This document shows, piece by piece, positions 54,811 through 64,000 of a DNA stretch of 64,000 bases (positions are counted from its first letter, which is position 1; every line of letters begins with the position of its first letter). Source of the stretch: Roseovarius sp. (GTDB lineage Bacteria > Pseudomonadota > Alphaproteobacteria > Rhodobacterales > Rhodobacteraceae); NCBI RefSeq assembly GCF_965228755.1, contig NZ_CBDDIG010000003.1:36507-100506 (forward strand), given 5' to 3'. The notes beneath the pieces were generated by a model that ran no database searches, had not been told where the DNA came from, and worked only from the letters and a program-made list of their open reading frames with translations. Made by a program: the position numbers and the translations under genes.

Positions 54811-55170
54811 TTAGATTTTCAGGCCGCCTTCGCGCGCGGCATCCGCCAGCGCCTTGATCCGGCCGTGAAACAGGAACCCGCCGCGGTCGAACTGGGCCTC
54901 GGTGATGCCCGCCGCCTTGGCGCGTTCGGCGATGGTGGCGCCGATCTTCTTCGCCGCATCCATCGTGTTCTTGCCGACGAAGCCGAGATCCTTCTCGAGC
55001 GTCGAGGCCGAAGCCAGGGTGACGCCGTTCACATCGTCGATGATCTGCACGCTCATGTTTTTCGACGAGCGGTGCACGCTCAGGCGCGGACGCCCGGCAT
55101 TGACCTTGCGAAGTTTGCTCCGAACGCGCAGGCGGCGTTTCTGGAACAGTTGTCTTTTGCTGTTTGCCAT
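54811..55170 (-). CDS. rplR: 50S ribosomal protein L18
   Basis: [29 protein letters not shown]. Confidence 0.98.
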   Translation of the reverse strand: MANSKRQLFQKRRLRVRSKLRKVNAGRPRLSVHRSSKNMSVQIIDDVNGVTLASASTLEKDLGFVGKNTMDAAKKIGATIAERAKAAGITEAQFDRGGFLFHGRIKALADAAREGGLKI

Positions 55171-55181
55171 CTGTCGCGTCC

Positions 55182-55715
55182 TTACTTCTTCTTGCCTTCC
55201 TTCTGGAAGATATACTCGCCCTTGTAGCGGATGCCCTTGCCCTTGTAGGGCTCCGGGCGCCGCCAGTCGCGGATATTGGCCGCGACTTCACCGACGAGCT
55301 GCTTGTCATGGCCCTCGACCACCAGTTCGGTGGGCTTCGGCGCCGTGACAGTGATACCTTCCGGGATCGGGAAATCCACATCGTGCGACAGGCCGAGGTT
55401 CAGCTTCAGGACATTGCCCTGAACCTGCGCCCGGTAACCGACGCCCTGGATTTCGAGCTCTTTCTTGAAGGGCTCTTTCGATCCGTGAACGAGGTTGGCG
55501 ATGATCGTGCGGCTCATGCCCCACTGCTGACGCGCGCGCTTGGATTTGCCGCGCGGCGCAACGGTGACCTGGCCGTCCTCGATCGCGATGGTGACGTCGT
55601 CGGTGAAGGTGAAGCTTTTGGTCTGCTTCGGGCCTTTCACCTCGATCGTCTGGCCGCTGAGCGAGGCAGTGACGCCATCGGGCAGGGCCACGGGTTGTTT
55701 ACCGATACGAGACAT
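55182..55715 (-). CDS. rplF: 50S ribosomal protein L6
   Basis: [17 protein letters not shown]. Confidence 0.99.
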   Translation of the reverse strand: MSRIGKQPVALPDGVTASLSGQTIEVKGPKQTKSFTFTDDVTIAIEDGQVTVAPRGKSKRARQQWGMSRTIIANLVHGSKEPFKKELEIQGVGYRAQVQGNVLKLNLGLSHDVDFPIPEGITVTAPKPTELVVEGHDKQLVGEVAANIRDWRRPEPYKGKGIRYKGEYIFQKEGKKK

Positions 55716-55727
55716 AATCAGGCCTCC

Positions 55728-56120
55728 TTAGAATACGGTGCAAAGCACTTCGCCGCCAACGTTGGCCGCCCGTGCGTTTGCATCCGACATCACACCCTGC
55801 GGGGTCGAGACAATCGACACGCCGAGGCCCTGGCGGACCGACGGAATGTCCTTGACGCCCATGTACACCCGGCGGCCGGGTTTCGAGACCCGCTTCATCT
55901 CGCGGATGGCGGGGGCGCCTTCGAAATACTTCAGGCTGACCTCGATGGCGGGGTGGCCGCGGCTGTCGGTGGCATCTTCGAAGCCACGGATATAGCCCTC
56001 GTCCGCCAGCACGTTCAGCACGCGCACGCGCATCTTCGAGGCCGGCACCATGACGGTGGACTTGCCGCGCATGCCCGCGTTGCGGATACGGGTCAGCATA
56101 TCGCCGATAGGATCGTTCAT
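55728..56120 (-). CDS. rpsH: 30S ribosomal protein S8
   Basis: [28 protein letters not shown]. Confidence 0.99.
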   Translation of the reverse strand: MNDPIGDMLTRIRNAGMRGKSTVMVPASKMRVRVLNVLADEGYIRGFEDATDSRGHPAIEVSLKYFEGAPAIREMKRVSKPGRRVYMGVKDIPSVRQGLGVSIVSTPQGVMSDANARAANVGGEVLCTVF

Positions 56121-56133
56121 CTCATGTCCCTCC

Positions 56134-56439
56134 TTACCAGCTCGACTTGACCACGCCCGGCATCTGACCGGCCGAGCCGAGGTCGCGCAGGGCGATCCGG
56201 CTGACTTTCAGTTTCCGGTAGTAGGCGTGCGGCCGGCCGGTGAGCTGGCAGCGGTTATGCAGGCGGGTGGCCGAGCTGTTGCGCGGCAGTTCCGCCAGCT
56301 TGAGCGAGGCACGGAAGCGTTCTTCCATCGGCTTCGACTCGTCGCTGATGATTTCCTTCAGAGCGGCACGCTTGGCGGCGTATTGCTTCACCAGGCGCTG
56401 ACGCTTCTTCTCGCGTTCGATCATTGCTTTTTTAGCCAT
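56134..56439 (-). CDS. rpsN: 30S ribosomal protein S14 (long, zinc-free form)
   Basis: [22 protein letters not shown]. Confidence 0.98.
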   Translation of the reverse strand: MAKKAMIEREKKRQRLVKQYAAKRAALKEIISDESKPMEERFRASLKLAELPRNSSATRLHNRCQLTGRPHAYYRKLKVSRIALRDLGSAGQMPGVVKSSW

Positions 56440-56456
56440 GTCAAATTCCTCCCGGC

Positions 56457-57020
56457 TCAGCTGGTGAAGGGCATATTGAAATGCTTCAACAGCGCCCTGG
56501 CTTCAGCGTCGGTCTTCGCCGTGGTTCCGATAATGATGTCAATGCCCCACACCTCGTCGACCTTGTCGAAGTTGATTTCGGGGAAGACGATGTGCTCCTT
56601 CAGGCCCAGCGCATAGTTGCCGCGGCCGTCGAAGGACTTGGCCGACACGCCGCGGAAGTCGCGGATCCGGGGCATCGCGATGGTGATCAGGCGATCGAGG
56701 AATTCGTACATCCGGTCGCCGCGCAGGGTCACTTTCGCGCCCAGCGGCATGTCTTCACGCACGCGGAAGCCGGCGATGGATTTCTTCGCCTTGGTGACGA
56801 CGGCCTTCTGACCGGCGATCAGCGTCAGGTCTTCCTGGGCCGACTTGGCCTTCTTGGAATCCTTCACCGCCTCGGCGCCGCAGCCGATGTTCAGGACGAT
56901 CTTGTCCAGCCGCGGGATCATCATGTCGTTCGTGTAACCGAACTCTTCCTTCAGCGCGGGGCGGATCGTCTCGCGGAACTGCTGGCGCAGGCGCGGGGTG
57001 TAATTCTCGGTATCAAGCAT
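56457..57020 (-). CDS. rplE: 50S ribosomal protein L5
   Basis: [27 protein letters not shown]. Confidence 0.99.
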   Translation of the reverse strand: MLDTENYTPRLRQQFRETIRPALKEEFGYTNDMMIPRLDKIVLNIGCGAEAVKDSKKAKSAQEDLTLIAGQKAVVTKAKKSIAGFRVREDMPLGAKVTLRGDRMYEFLDRLITIAMPRIRDFRGVSAKSFDGRGNYALGLKEHIVFPEINFDKVDEVWGIDIIIGTTAKTDAEARALLKHFNMPFTS

Positions 57021-57324
57021 CGATCACGTCCCCCGTGGTCTTGGCGAAACGCACCTTCTTGTCGCCGTCGATCTTGAAGCCGACGCGGGTGGGTTTGCCG
57101 TTCTTGTCGAGCATCGCCAGGTTGCTCAGGTCGATCGGCATCGCCTTGGGAAGGCGGCCGCCCTGGCTCTGCTGGCTCTGGCGGGTGTGGCGGATGGCCA
57201 TGTTCACGCCGTCGACGACGGCCTTGCCGGCTTTCGAGTCGACGGAAGTGATTGTGCCTTCCTTGCCCTTGTCCTTGCCGGAGATCACGACGACCTTGTC
57301 GCCCTTCTTGAGTTTAGCAGCCAT
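57013..57324 (-). CDS. rplX: 50S ribosomal protein L24
   Basis: [21 protein letters not shown] motif. Confidence 0.98.
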   Translation of the reverse strand: MAAKLKKGDKVVVISGKDKGKEGTITSVDSKAGKAVVDGVNMAIRHTRQSQQSQGGRLPKAMPIDLSNLAMLDKNGKPTRVGFKIDGDKKVRFAKTTGDVIDA

Positions 57325-57325
57325 C

Positions 57326-57694
57326 TTACAGCACCTCCGGGGCGAGCGAGATGATTTTCATGTAGTTCTTCGCGCGCAGCTCGCGCACGACCGGCCCGAA
57401 GATACGGGTGCCGATCGGGTCACCTGCGTTGTTCAGGATGACGGCGGCGTTGCGGTCGAAGCGGATCGCGGTGCCGTCTTCACGGCGGATTTCCTTGGCG
57501 GTGCGCACGACGACGGCCTTGCGGACATCGCCCTTCTTCACACGGCCGCGGGGGATGGCTTCCTTCACCGAGACGACGATCACGTCGCCGACGGAGGCGT
57601 ATTTACGCTTGGAACCACCCAGGACCTTGATGCACTGAACCTTCCGGGCACCGGAATTGTCAGCCACATCCAGATTGGTCTGCATCTGGATCAT
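57326..57694 (-). CDS. rplN: 50S ribosomal protein L14
   Basis: [23 protein letters not shown]. Confidence 0.99.
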   Translation of the reverse strand: MIQMQTNLDVADNSGARKVQCIKVLGGSKRKYASVGDVIVVSVKEAIPRGRVKKGDVRKAVVVRTAKEIRREDGTAIRFDRNAAVILNNAGDPIGTRIFGPVVRELRAKNYMKIISLAPEVL

Positions 57695-57759
57695 TTGGTT
57701 TCTCCCGACCTTTGGGGTAACGACCCCAGGGTTTCGCTCAAACCGGGTGTGCTAGAGCC

Positions 57760-57990
57760 TCAGGCTTCCAGCACCTCCCAGCGTTTCGTTTTGGACTTCG
57801 GTGCGCATTCGATGATGCGGACCTGGTCGCCCACCTTGTAGGTGTTCTTCTCGTCGTGAGCCCGGTATTTCTTGGACTTACGAATGGTCTTCTGAAGCAC
57901 GGGGTGCTTGAAGCGGCGTTCGACCGAGACGGTCACGGTTTGCGCGTTGGCATCAGAGGTCACGACGCCTTGCAGGATACGCTTGGGCAT
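57760..57990 (-). CDS. rpsQ: 30S ribosomal protein S17
   Basis: [24 protein letters not shown]. Confidence 0.98.
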   Translation of the reverse strand: MPKRILQGVVTSDANAQTVTVSVERRFKHPVLQKTIRKSKKYRAHDEKNTYKVGDQVRIIECAPKSKTKRWEVLEA

Positions 57991-58001
57991 GGGTGGCCTC
58001 C

Positions 58002-58205
58002 TTATTCCGCTGCCGCGGACGCGGCTTTTTCGTTCAGCACGGTCAAGACGCGCGCCACGTTGCGGCGCACGGTCTTCATCCGGGCGGGGTTCTCGATCTG
58101 GCCGGTCGCGGCCTGAAAGCGCAGGTTGAACTGCTCTTTCTTCAGGTTCACCAGCTCTTCACGCAGCTGGTCGGGCGTTTTGTCACGCAGCTCTGCAGCG
58201 TTCAT
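58002..58205 (-). CDS. rpmC: 50S ribosomal protein L29
   Basis: [23 protein letters not shown]. Confidence 0.97.
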   Translation of the reverse strand: MNAAELRDKTPDQLREELVNLKKEQFNLRFQAATGQIENPARMKTVRRNVARVLTVLNEKAASAAAE

Positions 58206-58332
58206 GTCGCCATCGTCCTTCTCTCAAAACACCGGTCGGCCCCTGACGATTGGCTCAGGGTCACCTGCAAACCCGGTGGATGAATTGCAAACAAGCGAAT
58301 CCCGGGGGCATCCCGGGCTCGCGGATTTGGGC

Positions 58333-58361
58333 TCTATAAGGGAGGCGCGGCGACAGGGCAA
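58333..58361 (-). promoter_or_regulatory. rpmC-rpsQ-spc module promoter
   Basis: TTGCCC-N17-TATAGA. Confidence 0.7.
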
Positions 58362-58379
58362 GGGGGAAGTTCCGATTTC

Positions 58380-58403
58380 CGTAGGGCGGGTGCGAACCCA
58401 CCA
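58380..58403 (+). repeat. GTAG-type REP (family A)
   Basis: CGTAGGGCGGGTGCGAACCCACCA. Confidence 0.78.
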
Positions 58404-58416
58404 TTCGGCCGACCGA

Positions 58417-58476
58417 GAAGCCGCGCATCGGCGGGCCGCGGTGCGGCGAACCAACGGCGGTGGACGCCACTTTATC
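58417..58476. repeat. 60-bp dispersed repeat (family C), copy 1
   Basis: 51 of 61 aligned positions identical to 63933-63993. Confidence 0.8.
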
Positions 58477-58604
58477 CCCGCCAAGCACATCCACCCTCAC
58501 GACGTCGCGCCTACCTCACCAAATCGCCGTGCCGTCGGGGCGGCCCGTCGATGCGCGGCGGGCTTCGCCCTCGATTCCGCGCGAGGGCATAAATCAAACT
58601 GGGG

Positions 58605-59225
58605 TCACCCCCACCCGTAATTGAAGCTCACCGAAATCCTATCATCCTCGGCCATGTTCGCCGGCACCTCGTGTCTCAGCCAGCTTTCCCACAGCAGCAC
58701 ATCCCCCACCTTCGGCGCCTCGTAGATGAAGGTCCGCAGCTCCCGCCGCGCGTCCTTCTTCCGCGCCGGCGCCGCCATCATCCTTGCATGGCGCGGGTCT
58801 TCCAGCTTCAACGCGCTGGTCCCGCCGGGCATCGCCACGTAGGTCGTGCCGGAAATCACCGAATGCGGGTGGATATGGCTGCCATGGCTGCCTCCCTCGG
58901 GCAGGATGTTGATCCAGATATCCTCCAGCTTCAATTCCCGCCCGTCGAGGTCGAACTCCAGGTCCTCCGCAAACGCCGCCACATGCGCATCCAGCGCCTT
59001 GACCACGTCCGCGAAGATCGGAAACCGCCACGGCAGGTCGGTCAGCGAGGCATAGGAGGTATAGCCCGGATAGCCGTTCTCCTCGCACCAGGCCTGCCCC
59101 GCCTCGTCATCCTCGGCGATGGAATAGCATGACGCCTCCAGCTCATCTGCATCGATGGCGGGCCCGTGCTCGGTCAGGGGGGCACGGTAGAGACGGGTGA
59201 CGAAAAGCGAGTCGATCTGGGCCAT
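58605..59225 (-). CDS. TIGR02466-like putative 2OG-Fe(II) oxygenase
   Basis: WINIL, HGSHIHPHSVISGTTYV, LLWESWLRHEV, RISVSFN. Confidence 0.85.
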   Translation of the reverse strand: MAQIDSLFVTRLYRAPLTEHGPAIDADELEASCYSIAEDDEAGQAWCEENGYPGYTSYASLTDLPWRFPIFADVVKALDAHVAAFAEDLEFDLDGRELKLEDIWINILPEGGSHGSHIHPHSVISGTTYVAMPGGTSALKLEDPRHARMMAAPARKKDARRELRTFIYEAPKVGDVLLWESWLRHEVPANMAEDDRISVSFNYGWG

Positions 59226-59335
59226 GCCCCCGGTCTAGCGCAGCGCCCCGGCCAGCGCGAGCCCCGAAAGCATTGAGCTTTGCCGCCGTCTGGGAGATAA
59301 GCCGCCCGTCGACCGGCAAGAGGAGCAGGACCACC

Positions 59336-60022
59336 ATGATCACCCGCCTTCGCGAGCGTATCCGGGCGCGCATCCTGCGGCTCTACCGCTCGGCCGTCTC
59401 AGACATCTCGCTCGCCCTGCAGCAGGAGGCGACGCAATCCACCGCCGCCTATGTCCGCCGCCACATGCCGCTGGTGCAATCCGTCCGCCGCTGGCACGAG
59501 GTCCACGACGTGGCGATCGAGGCGGTCACGCTCGACGGGCTGGTGCTGGAATTCGGCGTCTTCGAGGCCCGCACGGCCACCTATATCGCCGGCAAGAGAA
59601 ACTGGCACCTGCACGGGTTCGACAGCTTCGAGGGCCTCCCCGAACCCTGGCGCGACGGCTTCCCGGCGGCCAAGTTCTCGCGCCCCACCCTGCCGGAGGT
59701 GCCCGACAACGTCACCCTCCACAAGGGCCTTTTCGCCGACACACTGCCCCCCTTCCTCGCGTCCCTCCCCTCCCCGCCGGAGCCTGTCGCCTACCTCCAT
59801 GTCGACAGCGACCTCTACAGCTCCGCCAGGACCATCTTCGACGGCCTGTCCGACCGGATCGTCCCCGGCACGGTCATCGTCTTCGACGAGTATTTCAACT
59901 ACAGCGGCTGGGAAGACGGCGAATACAAGGCCTTCCAGGAATTCGTGGCAGCCCGGGGCCTGACCTACGAGTACCTCACCTACAACCACGAACACCAACA
60001 GGTGGCAGTGCGCATCTCGTAG
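59336..60022 (+). CDS. TylF/MycF-like class I SAM-dependent O-methyltransferase
   Basis: LEFGV, FDSFEGLP, KGLFADTL, HVDSDLYSS, FDEY; AGGAG SD. Confidence 0.85.
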   Translation: MITRLRERIRARILRLYRSAVSDISLALQQEATQSTAAYVRRHMPLVQSVRRWHEVHDVAIEAVTLDGLVLEFGVFEARTATYIAGKRNWHLHGFDSFEGLPEPWRDGFPAAKFSRPTLPEVPDNVTLHKGLFADTLPPFLASLPSPPEPVAYLHVDSDLYSSARTIFDGLSDRIVPGTVIVFDEYFNYSGWEDGEYKAFQEFVAARGLTYEYLTYNHEHQQVAVRIS

Positions 60023-60040
60023 GCTGGGTGCAAACGCACC
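60018..60040 (+). repeat. degenerate GTAG-type REP supplying the stop codon of the methyltransferase
   Basis: CGTAGGCTGGGTGCAAACGCACC; TAG at 60020-60022. Confidence 0.6.
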
Positions 60041-60056
60041 GCACCCCCACAAACAC

Positions 60057-60120
60057 CCGTCCCGGCCCCGAGCCGGGACCTCTTGCAACGCAAAGGCCCC
60101 GGGTCAAGCCCGGGGCGGGC
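60057..60120. repeat. CGTC-type palindromic repeat (family B), copy 2
   Basis: cgtcccggccccgagccgggacctc...aggccccgggtcaagcccggggcgggc. Confidence 0.75.
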
Positions 60121-60265
60121 AACGAGCCACAGTCACGCTTCCCCGGCGACGTCAATGGCTCCGCCAAAGGTCGGCCCAGCCGCGCGGACATCCATGCACC
60201 GGTCCTTCATATAAAAGCCCCGAAACAGCGATCCTGGCACCTTGTGTGGACAGTTGGTTTTTGGA

Positions 60266-60757
60266 TCAATCGCGCGGAAATATCGTATGATCTCCCTCGT
60301 ACGTGACTTCCTCGCCTAGCGTCAAAGTGTCGTTGCCAAGGGAATAAGGAATGACCAGGATCACCGAAAAATCGTTCACGTGATCTATATTGACGACAAC
60401 TGCGTCACTTTCTCCGCCGCCATCAGGCAGGTTGACACGCGCATCGAAAAAGAGCGCAGTTGCAACATATTCCTGCGACTTGGCCGCCGCCTGAAATCCC
60501 TCAACAAGGAAGTCGATCACGTCCTGCGACGCAGGAGTTTCATCGCCGTCATAGGCGCCCACGGCCGTGATCTCACCATCGGGCAACATCGCCGCGCCAT
60601 AAGGGTAAAACTCACCATGTTCGCGCAACATCTGCGCGGAGAACCCAATCATGGCGTCCAGCAACTCGTTGGCGTCCGCAGTCGGATCACGCATCGGCTG
60701 GGCCTTCCCACATGACACGGCCACGAGCCAGACCAGCAATGTCAGGCGCAAAAGCAT
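60266..60757 (-). CDS. hypothetical exported protein, lower GC than the window
   Basis: N-terminal hydrophobic signal; MLREHGEFYPYGAAM; sampled lines 48-67% GC; GAAGGG SD. Confidence 0.75.
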   Translation of the reverse strand: MLLRLTLLVWLVAVSCGKAQPMRDPTADANELLDAMIGFSAQMLREHGEFYPYGAAMLPDGEITAVGAYDGDETPASQDVIDFLVEGFQAAAKSQEYVATALFFDARVNLPDGGGESDAVVVNIDHVNDFSVILVIPYSLGNDTLTLGEEVTYEGDHTIFPRD

Positions 60758-60864
60758 TCTCAAAACCCTTCAAGAAAAACCCCTTTTCAAGATGAAACAG
60801 ACAAACGCCAACGTATCAATCCCCGGCCCGATGTCTCAACCCTTAAGCGATGGACGCAGCCCGC

Positions 60865-60888
60865 CGTAGGGTGGGTGCCAACCCACCA
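60865..60888 (+). repeat. GTAG-type REP (family A)
   Basis: CGTAGGGTGGGTGCCAACCCACCA. Confidence 0.8.
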
Positions 60889-60901
60889 TGCCCGCCCCCC
60901 C

Positions 60902-60940
60902 AAAAAAACCAAAACCCCCGCCGATCTCTCGACGGGGGTT
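60902..60940 (-). terminator. terminator after rplP
   Basis: AACCCCCG-N12-CGGGGGTT-TTGGTTTTTTT on the minus strand. Confidence 0.8.
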
Positions 60941-60998
60941 CCGAATTCTCTCGGGCGAGGCGGCCCGCAGATTTCTTCGAAATCCGCTACACCGCCTG

Positions 60999-61020
60999 CG
61001 TCATTTGCAGGCAAATGACG
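60999..61020. repeat. CGTC-tagged hairpin abutting the rplP stop
   Basis: CGTCATTTG-cagg-CAAATGACG. Confidence 0.65.
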
Positions 61021-61434
61021 TTACCAGTCTTCCTTGACCACGATGCGGGTCTTGATCGGCAGCTTCATCGCGGCAAGGCGCAGGGCCTCTTTCGCGATGG
61101 CGTCGGAAACGCCGTCGATCTCGAACATCACCCGGCCGGGCTTGACCTTGCAGGCCCAGAAATCGACCGAGCCCTTGCCCTTACCCATCCGCACTTCGGT
61201 GGGTTTCGAGGTCACCGGCGTATCCGGGAAGATCCGGATCCAGACCCGGCCCTGACGCTTCATGTGACGCGTCATGGCCCGGCGGGCGGCCTCGATCTGG
61301 CGCGCGGTGACGCGCTCGGGCTGGGTTGCCTTGAGCCCATAGGTGCCGAAGTTCAGGTCCGAGCCGCCTTTGGCTTCGCCCTTGATCCGGCCCTTGAACT
61401 GCTTGCGGAATTTGGTGCGCTTCGGTTGCAGCAT
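61021..61434 (-). CDS. rplP: 50S ribosomal protein L16
   Basis: [18 protein letters not shown]. Confidence 0.99.
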   Translation of the reverse strand: MLQPKRTKFRKQFKGRIKGEAKGGSDLNFGTYGLKATQPERVTARQIEAARRAMTRHMKRQGRVWIRIFPDTPVTSKPTEVRMGKGKGSVDFWACKVKPGRVMFEIDGVSDAIAKEALRLAAMKLPIKTRIVVKEDW

Positions 61435-61447
61435 CTCTTATCCCTCC

Positions 61448-62155
61448 TCAGCGGCGGCCGCCGGCGCCACGGGGCGCGGGACCATCCTGAAGTTCCTGGG
61501 CCTTGCGATCACGGGCCGACGGATCGTGCTCCATGATCTCACCCTTGAAGATCCAGACCTTGACGCCGATGATGCCGTAAGGCGTGGACGCCTCCGCATG
61601 GGCATAATCGATGTCGGCGCGCAGGGTGTGGAGCGGCACGCGGCCTTCCCGGTACCATTCGGTCCGGGCGATCTCGGCCCCGCCGAGGCGGCCCGACACG
61701 TTGACCCGGATACCCAGAGCACCCATGCGCATCGCGTTCTGCACGGCCCGTTTCATCGCACGGCGGAAGCTGACCCGGCGCTCGAGCTGCTGGGCGATGC
61801 TTTCGCCAACCAGCGCGGCGTCAAGCTCGGGCTTGCGCACTTCGACGATGTTGAGGTGCAGTTCGCTGTCGGTCATCTTGGCGAGCTTCTTGCGCAGGCT
61901 CTCGATATCGGCGCCTTTCTTGCCGATGATCACGCCGGGGCGCGCGGTGTGCACCGTGACGCGGCACTTCTTGTGCGGACGCTCGATGATCACGCGGCTG
62001 ACGCCGGCCTGCTTGCACTCTTCCTTGATGAACTCGCGGATCCGGACATCTTCCAGAAGAAGATTGCCGTAATCCTTCGTATCGGCATACCAGCGGCTGT
62101 CCCAGGTGCGGTTCACCTGCAGGCGCATGCCAATCGGATTGACTTTGTTACCCAT
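61448..62155 (-). CDS. rpsC: 30S ribosomal protein S3
   Basis: [33 protein letters not shown]. Confidence 0.99.
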   Translation of the reverse strand: MGNKVNPIGMRLQVNRTWDSRWYADTKDYGNLLLEDVRIREFIKEECKQAGVSRVIIERPHKKCRVTVHTARPGVIIGKKGADIESLRKKLAKMTDSELHLNIVEVRKPELDAALVGESIAQQLERRVSFRRAMKRAVQNAMRMGALGIRVNVSGRLGGAEIARTEWYREGRVPLHTLRADIDYAHAEASTPYGIIGVKVWIFKGEIMEHDPSARDRKAQELQDGPAPRGAGGRR

Positions 62156-62535
62156 TAGGCTTGCTCCTCGACTTCACGCACCTTGATTGTCAGCTCCGAG
62201 AACGGCTTCATGATCCGCCCGAACCGGCCGCGTGCCCGCGGACGACCGCGCTTCATGACCAGGTTCTTGCCCACATAGGCCTCGGCGACGACAAGCTCGT
62301 CGACGTCCAGGTTGTGGTTGTTCTCGGCATTCGCGATGGCGGACTGAAGGCATTTCTTCACGTCCTGCGCGATCCGCTTCTTCGAGAAGGTCAGGTCGCT
62401 CAGCGCCTTGTCGACCTTCTTGCCCCGGATCATCGCGGCAACCAGGTTGAGTTTCTGCGGGCTGGTGCGCAGCATGCGCAGCTTCGCCATCGCTTCGTTG
62501 TCCGCCACGCGGCGGGGATTCTTCTCCTTGCCCAT
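62155..62535 (-). CDS. rplV: 50S ribosomal protein L22
   Basis: RTSPQKL, SAIANAE, PRARGR. Confidence 0.98.
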   Translation of the reverse strand: MGKEKNPRRVADNEAMAKLRMLRTSPQKLNLVAAMIRGKKVDKALSDLTFSKKRIAQDVKKCLQSAIANAENNHNLDVDELVVAEAYVGKNLVMKRGRPRARGRFGRIMKPFSELTIKVREVEEQA

Positions 62536-62538
62536 GGC

Positions 62539-62817
62539 TTACTTCCTCTTGGCTTTCTTGTCGGCCGCGTGACCGTAATAGGTCCGGGTCGGTGCGTATT
62601 CCCCGAATTTCTGGCCGATCATGTCTTCGTTGACCAGAACCGGAACGTGTTTCTGGCCGTTATAGACGCCAAACGTCAGGCCCACGAACTGGGGCAGGAT
62701 CGTCGAGCGGCGCGACCAGATCTTGATGACTTCCTTGCGCCCGCTTTCGCGCGTTGCCTCGGCCTTTTTCAGGACGTAGGCATCGACAAAGGGGCCTTTC
62801 CATACAGAACGTGCCAT
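62539..62817 (-). CDS. rpsS: 30S ribosomal protein S19
   Basis: [22 protein letters not shown]. Confidence 0.99.
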   Translation of the reverse strand: MARSVWKGPFVDAYVLKKAEATRESGRKEVIKIWSRRSTILPQFVGLTFGVYNGQKHVPVLVNEDMIGQKFGEYAPTRTYYGHAADKKAKRK

Positions 62818-62820
62818 GTC

Positions 62821-63663
62821 TTAGCGGCCCTTCTTCCGTGCGTGACGCGAGCGCAGGATAAGTTTCTGCGACGCCTTGTTGGTGTTGCGGGTGCGCTTGC
62901 CCTTGGTGGGCTTGCCCCACGGCGTGACCGGGTGGCGGCCACCCGAGGTGCGGCCCTCACCACCACCGTGCGGGTGGTCGATCGGGTTCATCACGACACC
63001 GCGGACGGAGGGGCGGATGCCCTTGTGGCGCATGCGGCCGGCCTTGCCGTAATCCTGGTTGGAGTTGTCGGGGTTCGACACGGCACCCACGGTGGCCTTG
63101 CACTCCTGGCGCACCATCCGCAGCTCGCCCGACGACAGGCGGATCTGCGCATAGCCGCCGTCACGGCCGACGAACTGGGCATAGGTGCCCGCGGCGCGTG
63201 CGATCTGGCCGCCCTTGCCGGGCTTCAGCTCGATGTTGTGAACGATCGTCCCGATCGGCATGCCGGAAAACGGCATCGCGTTGCCCGGCTTGATGTCCGC
63301 GCGCTCCGACGAGACGACCTTGTCGCCGATCGCCAGCCGCTGCGGGGCCAGGATATAGGCCTGTTCGCCATCCTCGTAGCGGATGAGCGCGATGAAGGCC
63401 GTCCGGTTCGGGTCGTACTCGATCCGCTCTACGGTGGCGGCCACATCGAATTTGTTGCGTTTGAAATCGACGATCCGGTAGAGCCGTTTGGCCCCGCCCC
63501 CGCGGCGTCGTGCAGTGATACGTCCGGTGTTGTTCCGGCCGCCCGACTTGGTCAGACCCTCGGTGAGGGCCTTGACGGGGCGTCCTTTGTACAGCTCCGA
63601 ACGGTCGATCAGCACCAGCCCGCGCTGGCCCGGCGTCGTCGGCTTATACGACTTGAGTGCCAT
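62821..63663 (-). CDS. rplB: 50S ribosomal protein L2
   Basis: [30 protein letters not shown]. Confidence 0.99.
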   Translation of the reverse strand: MALKSYKPTTPGQRGLVLIDRSELYKGRPVKALTEGLTKSGGRNNTGRITARRRGGGAKRLYRIVDFKRNKFDVAATVERIEYDPNRTAFIALIRYEDGEQAYILAPQRLAIGDKVVSSERADIKPGNAMPFSGMPIGTIVHNIELKPGKGGQIARAAGTYAQFVGRDGGYAQIRLSSGELRMVRQECKATVGAVSNPDNSNQDYGKAGRMRHKGIRPSVRGVVMNPIDHPHGGGEGRTSGGRHPVTPWGKPTKGKRTRNTNKASQKLILRSRHARKKGR

Positions 63664-63821
63664 GCTTTCTGTCTTCCGTTAGCTAACGGCGGATCGGGAT
63701 CCGCCTATGTGTAGGCCGGGCTTCAGCCCGGCTCGGGTGTAGGGCCCCGAAGGTCCCCGGTTCGGTGATGTTCTCGCGAACAATAAAAACACAGCCCCAG
63801 ACGAATCCGGGGCAGTGCAGA
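63664..63821 (-). promoter_or_regulatory. structured rplB 5' leader (candidate r-leader/attenuator)
   Basis: GCCCCGGA-UUCG-UCUGGGGC plus U-rich tail, followed by three more hairpins. Confidence 0.55.
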
Positions 63822-63827
63822 TGGGTC

Positions 63828-63856
63828 CGTTTAAGCGAGAGACCGGTGGGGGTCAA
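63828..63856 (-). promoter_or_regulatory. internal rplB promoter
   Basis: TTGACC-N17-TAAACG. Confidence 0.7.
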
Positions 63857-63932
63857 GGGAGTAAGGGCAGAAATGCACCTGCGGGCCGCTTGTGGCGTGG
63901 GGTGGGAGACAACACACCTATCCCACGGCCTC

Positions 63933-63993
63933 GAAGCCGCGCGATCGCCAGGCCGCGGGGTGGCGAACCAACATACGTGGACACCACTTTATC
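63933..63993. repeat. 60-bp dispersed repeat (family C), copy 2
   Basis: Matches 58417-58476. Confidence 0.8.
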
Positions 63994-64000
63994 TCTCCGC

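Noticed and set aside
60133-60275. Short open frame after the low-GC hypothetical gene
   Set aside because: No clear start or SD and no recognisable motif; at most a gene remnant

Overview
A GC-rich (about two-thirds G+C) alphaproteobacterial chromosome segment. Gene content, synteny and promoter style point to Rhodobacterales/Roseobacter group. Bases 1-45 kb are mostly housekeeping and metabolic genes: FAD oxidoreductase, AsmA, rimO, an acyl-CoA synthetase with a DsbA-like gene, zinT, an MFS pump, tandem monomeric and dimeric isocitrate dehydrogenases, mce, DUF1800/DUF1501, aspS, cfa, pabB, carB, a peptide-type ABC system with two tandem binding proteins, rarA, degP and a type I DAHP synthase. 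Bases 46-64 kb hold the S10-spc-alpha ribosomal protein cluster on the minus strand (rplB to rplQ). It is split into separately promoted modules with accessory genes and palindromic repeats in the gaps. No rRNA, tRNA, CRISPR array or transposase was recognised. Best candidates for undescribed elements: (1) a leaderless 25-aa leader peptide with a run of Phe-Trp-Tyr-Phe-Tyr codons plus terminator/antiterminator upstream of the DAHP synthase, i.e. a three-aromatic-amino-acid attenuator; (2) two tandem paralogous 40-aa membrane microproteins after carB; (3) two 11-bp-period ATACCGAC arrays; (4) several repeat families tied to the ribosomal cluster breakpoints; (5) a small Cys/His-rich secreted peptide. 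All calls were made by eye, and family names come from recalled motif knowledge, not database searches.
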